From: Iphione sp. A-MEVVRFRX5
Lineage: Eukaryota
DNA length: 64,000 bases
Direction: 5' to 3'
NCBI GenBank assembly: GCA_976226885.1
Contig: OZ320314.1
Span: 100,688,001-100,752,000, forward strand
In this document: in pieces, positions 63,933 to 64,000 of the stretch
Position numbering within the stretch: the stretch's first letter is position 1
Layout: each line of letters begins with the position of its first letter
The notes under the pieces: generated by a model
Told to the model about the DNA's origin: nothing
The model's input: the letters and a program-made list of their open reading frames with translations, nothing else
Database searches by the model: none
Made by a program: the position numbers and the translations under genes

Positions 63933-64000
63933 TATTAGAATTGTTACGAGAACTTGGTAGTTCATCATGAGCGCTGTAAAGAAATATTGTGCTGCTGATT

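Overview
Repeat-rich animal genomic DNA, probably from a marine invertebrate (inferred from the transposon repertoire only). I found no convincing host gene, true tRNA/rRNA gene or CRISPR array. The recognisable content is mobile DNA. (1) Four CR1-group (L2/Crack/Daphne-like) LINEs: LINE-A (14416-18178, minus) has an intact 940-aa APE-RT ORF2 and the C-terminal half of an upstream SGNH esterase ORF. LINE-B (53700-59425, minus) is near full length with three ORFs: an L1-type coiled-coil/RRM ORF1 fused to a C-terminal NADAR (YbiA-like) domain, a stand-alone SGNH esterase, and an internally deleted APE-RT. LINE-C (about 35.9-37.4 kb) and LINE-D (about 20.7-21.6 kb) are decayed. (2) A composite Ngaro/DIRS-type tyrosine-recombinase retrotransposon locus (about 43.4-48.2 kb) with intact gag and recombinase; its RT core is replaced by an inverted fragment of a second, diverged gag, and both gags share a splice donor that could join gag in frame to the recombinase. 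(3) tRNA-derived SINEs, MITEs, micro- and minisatellites, and CpG-rich promoter-like modules. The best candidate for an undescribed system is the NADAR + esterase + APE-RT LINE.
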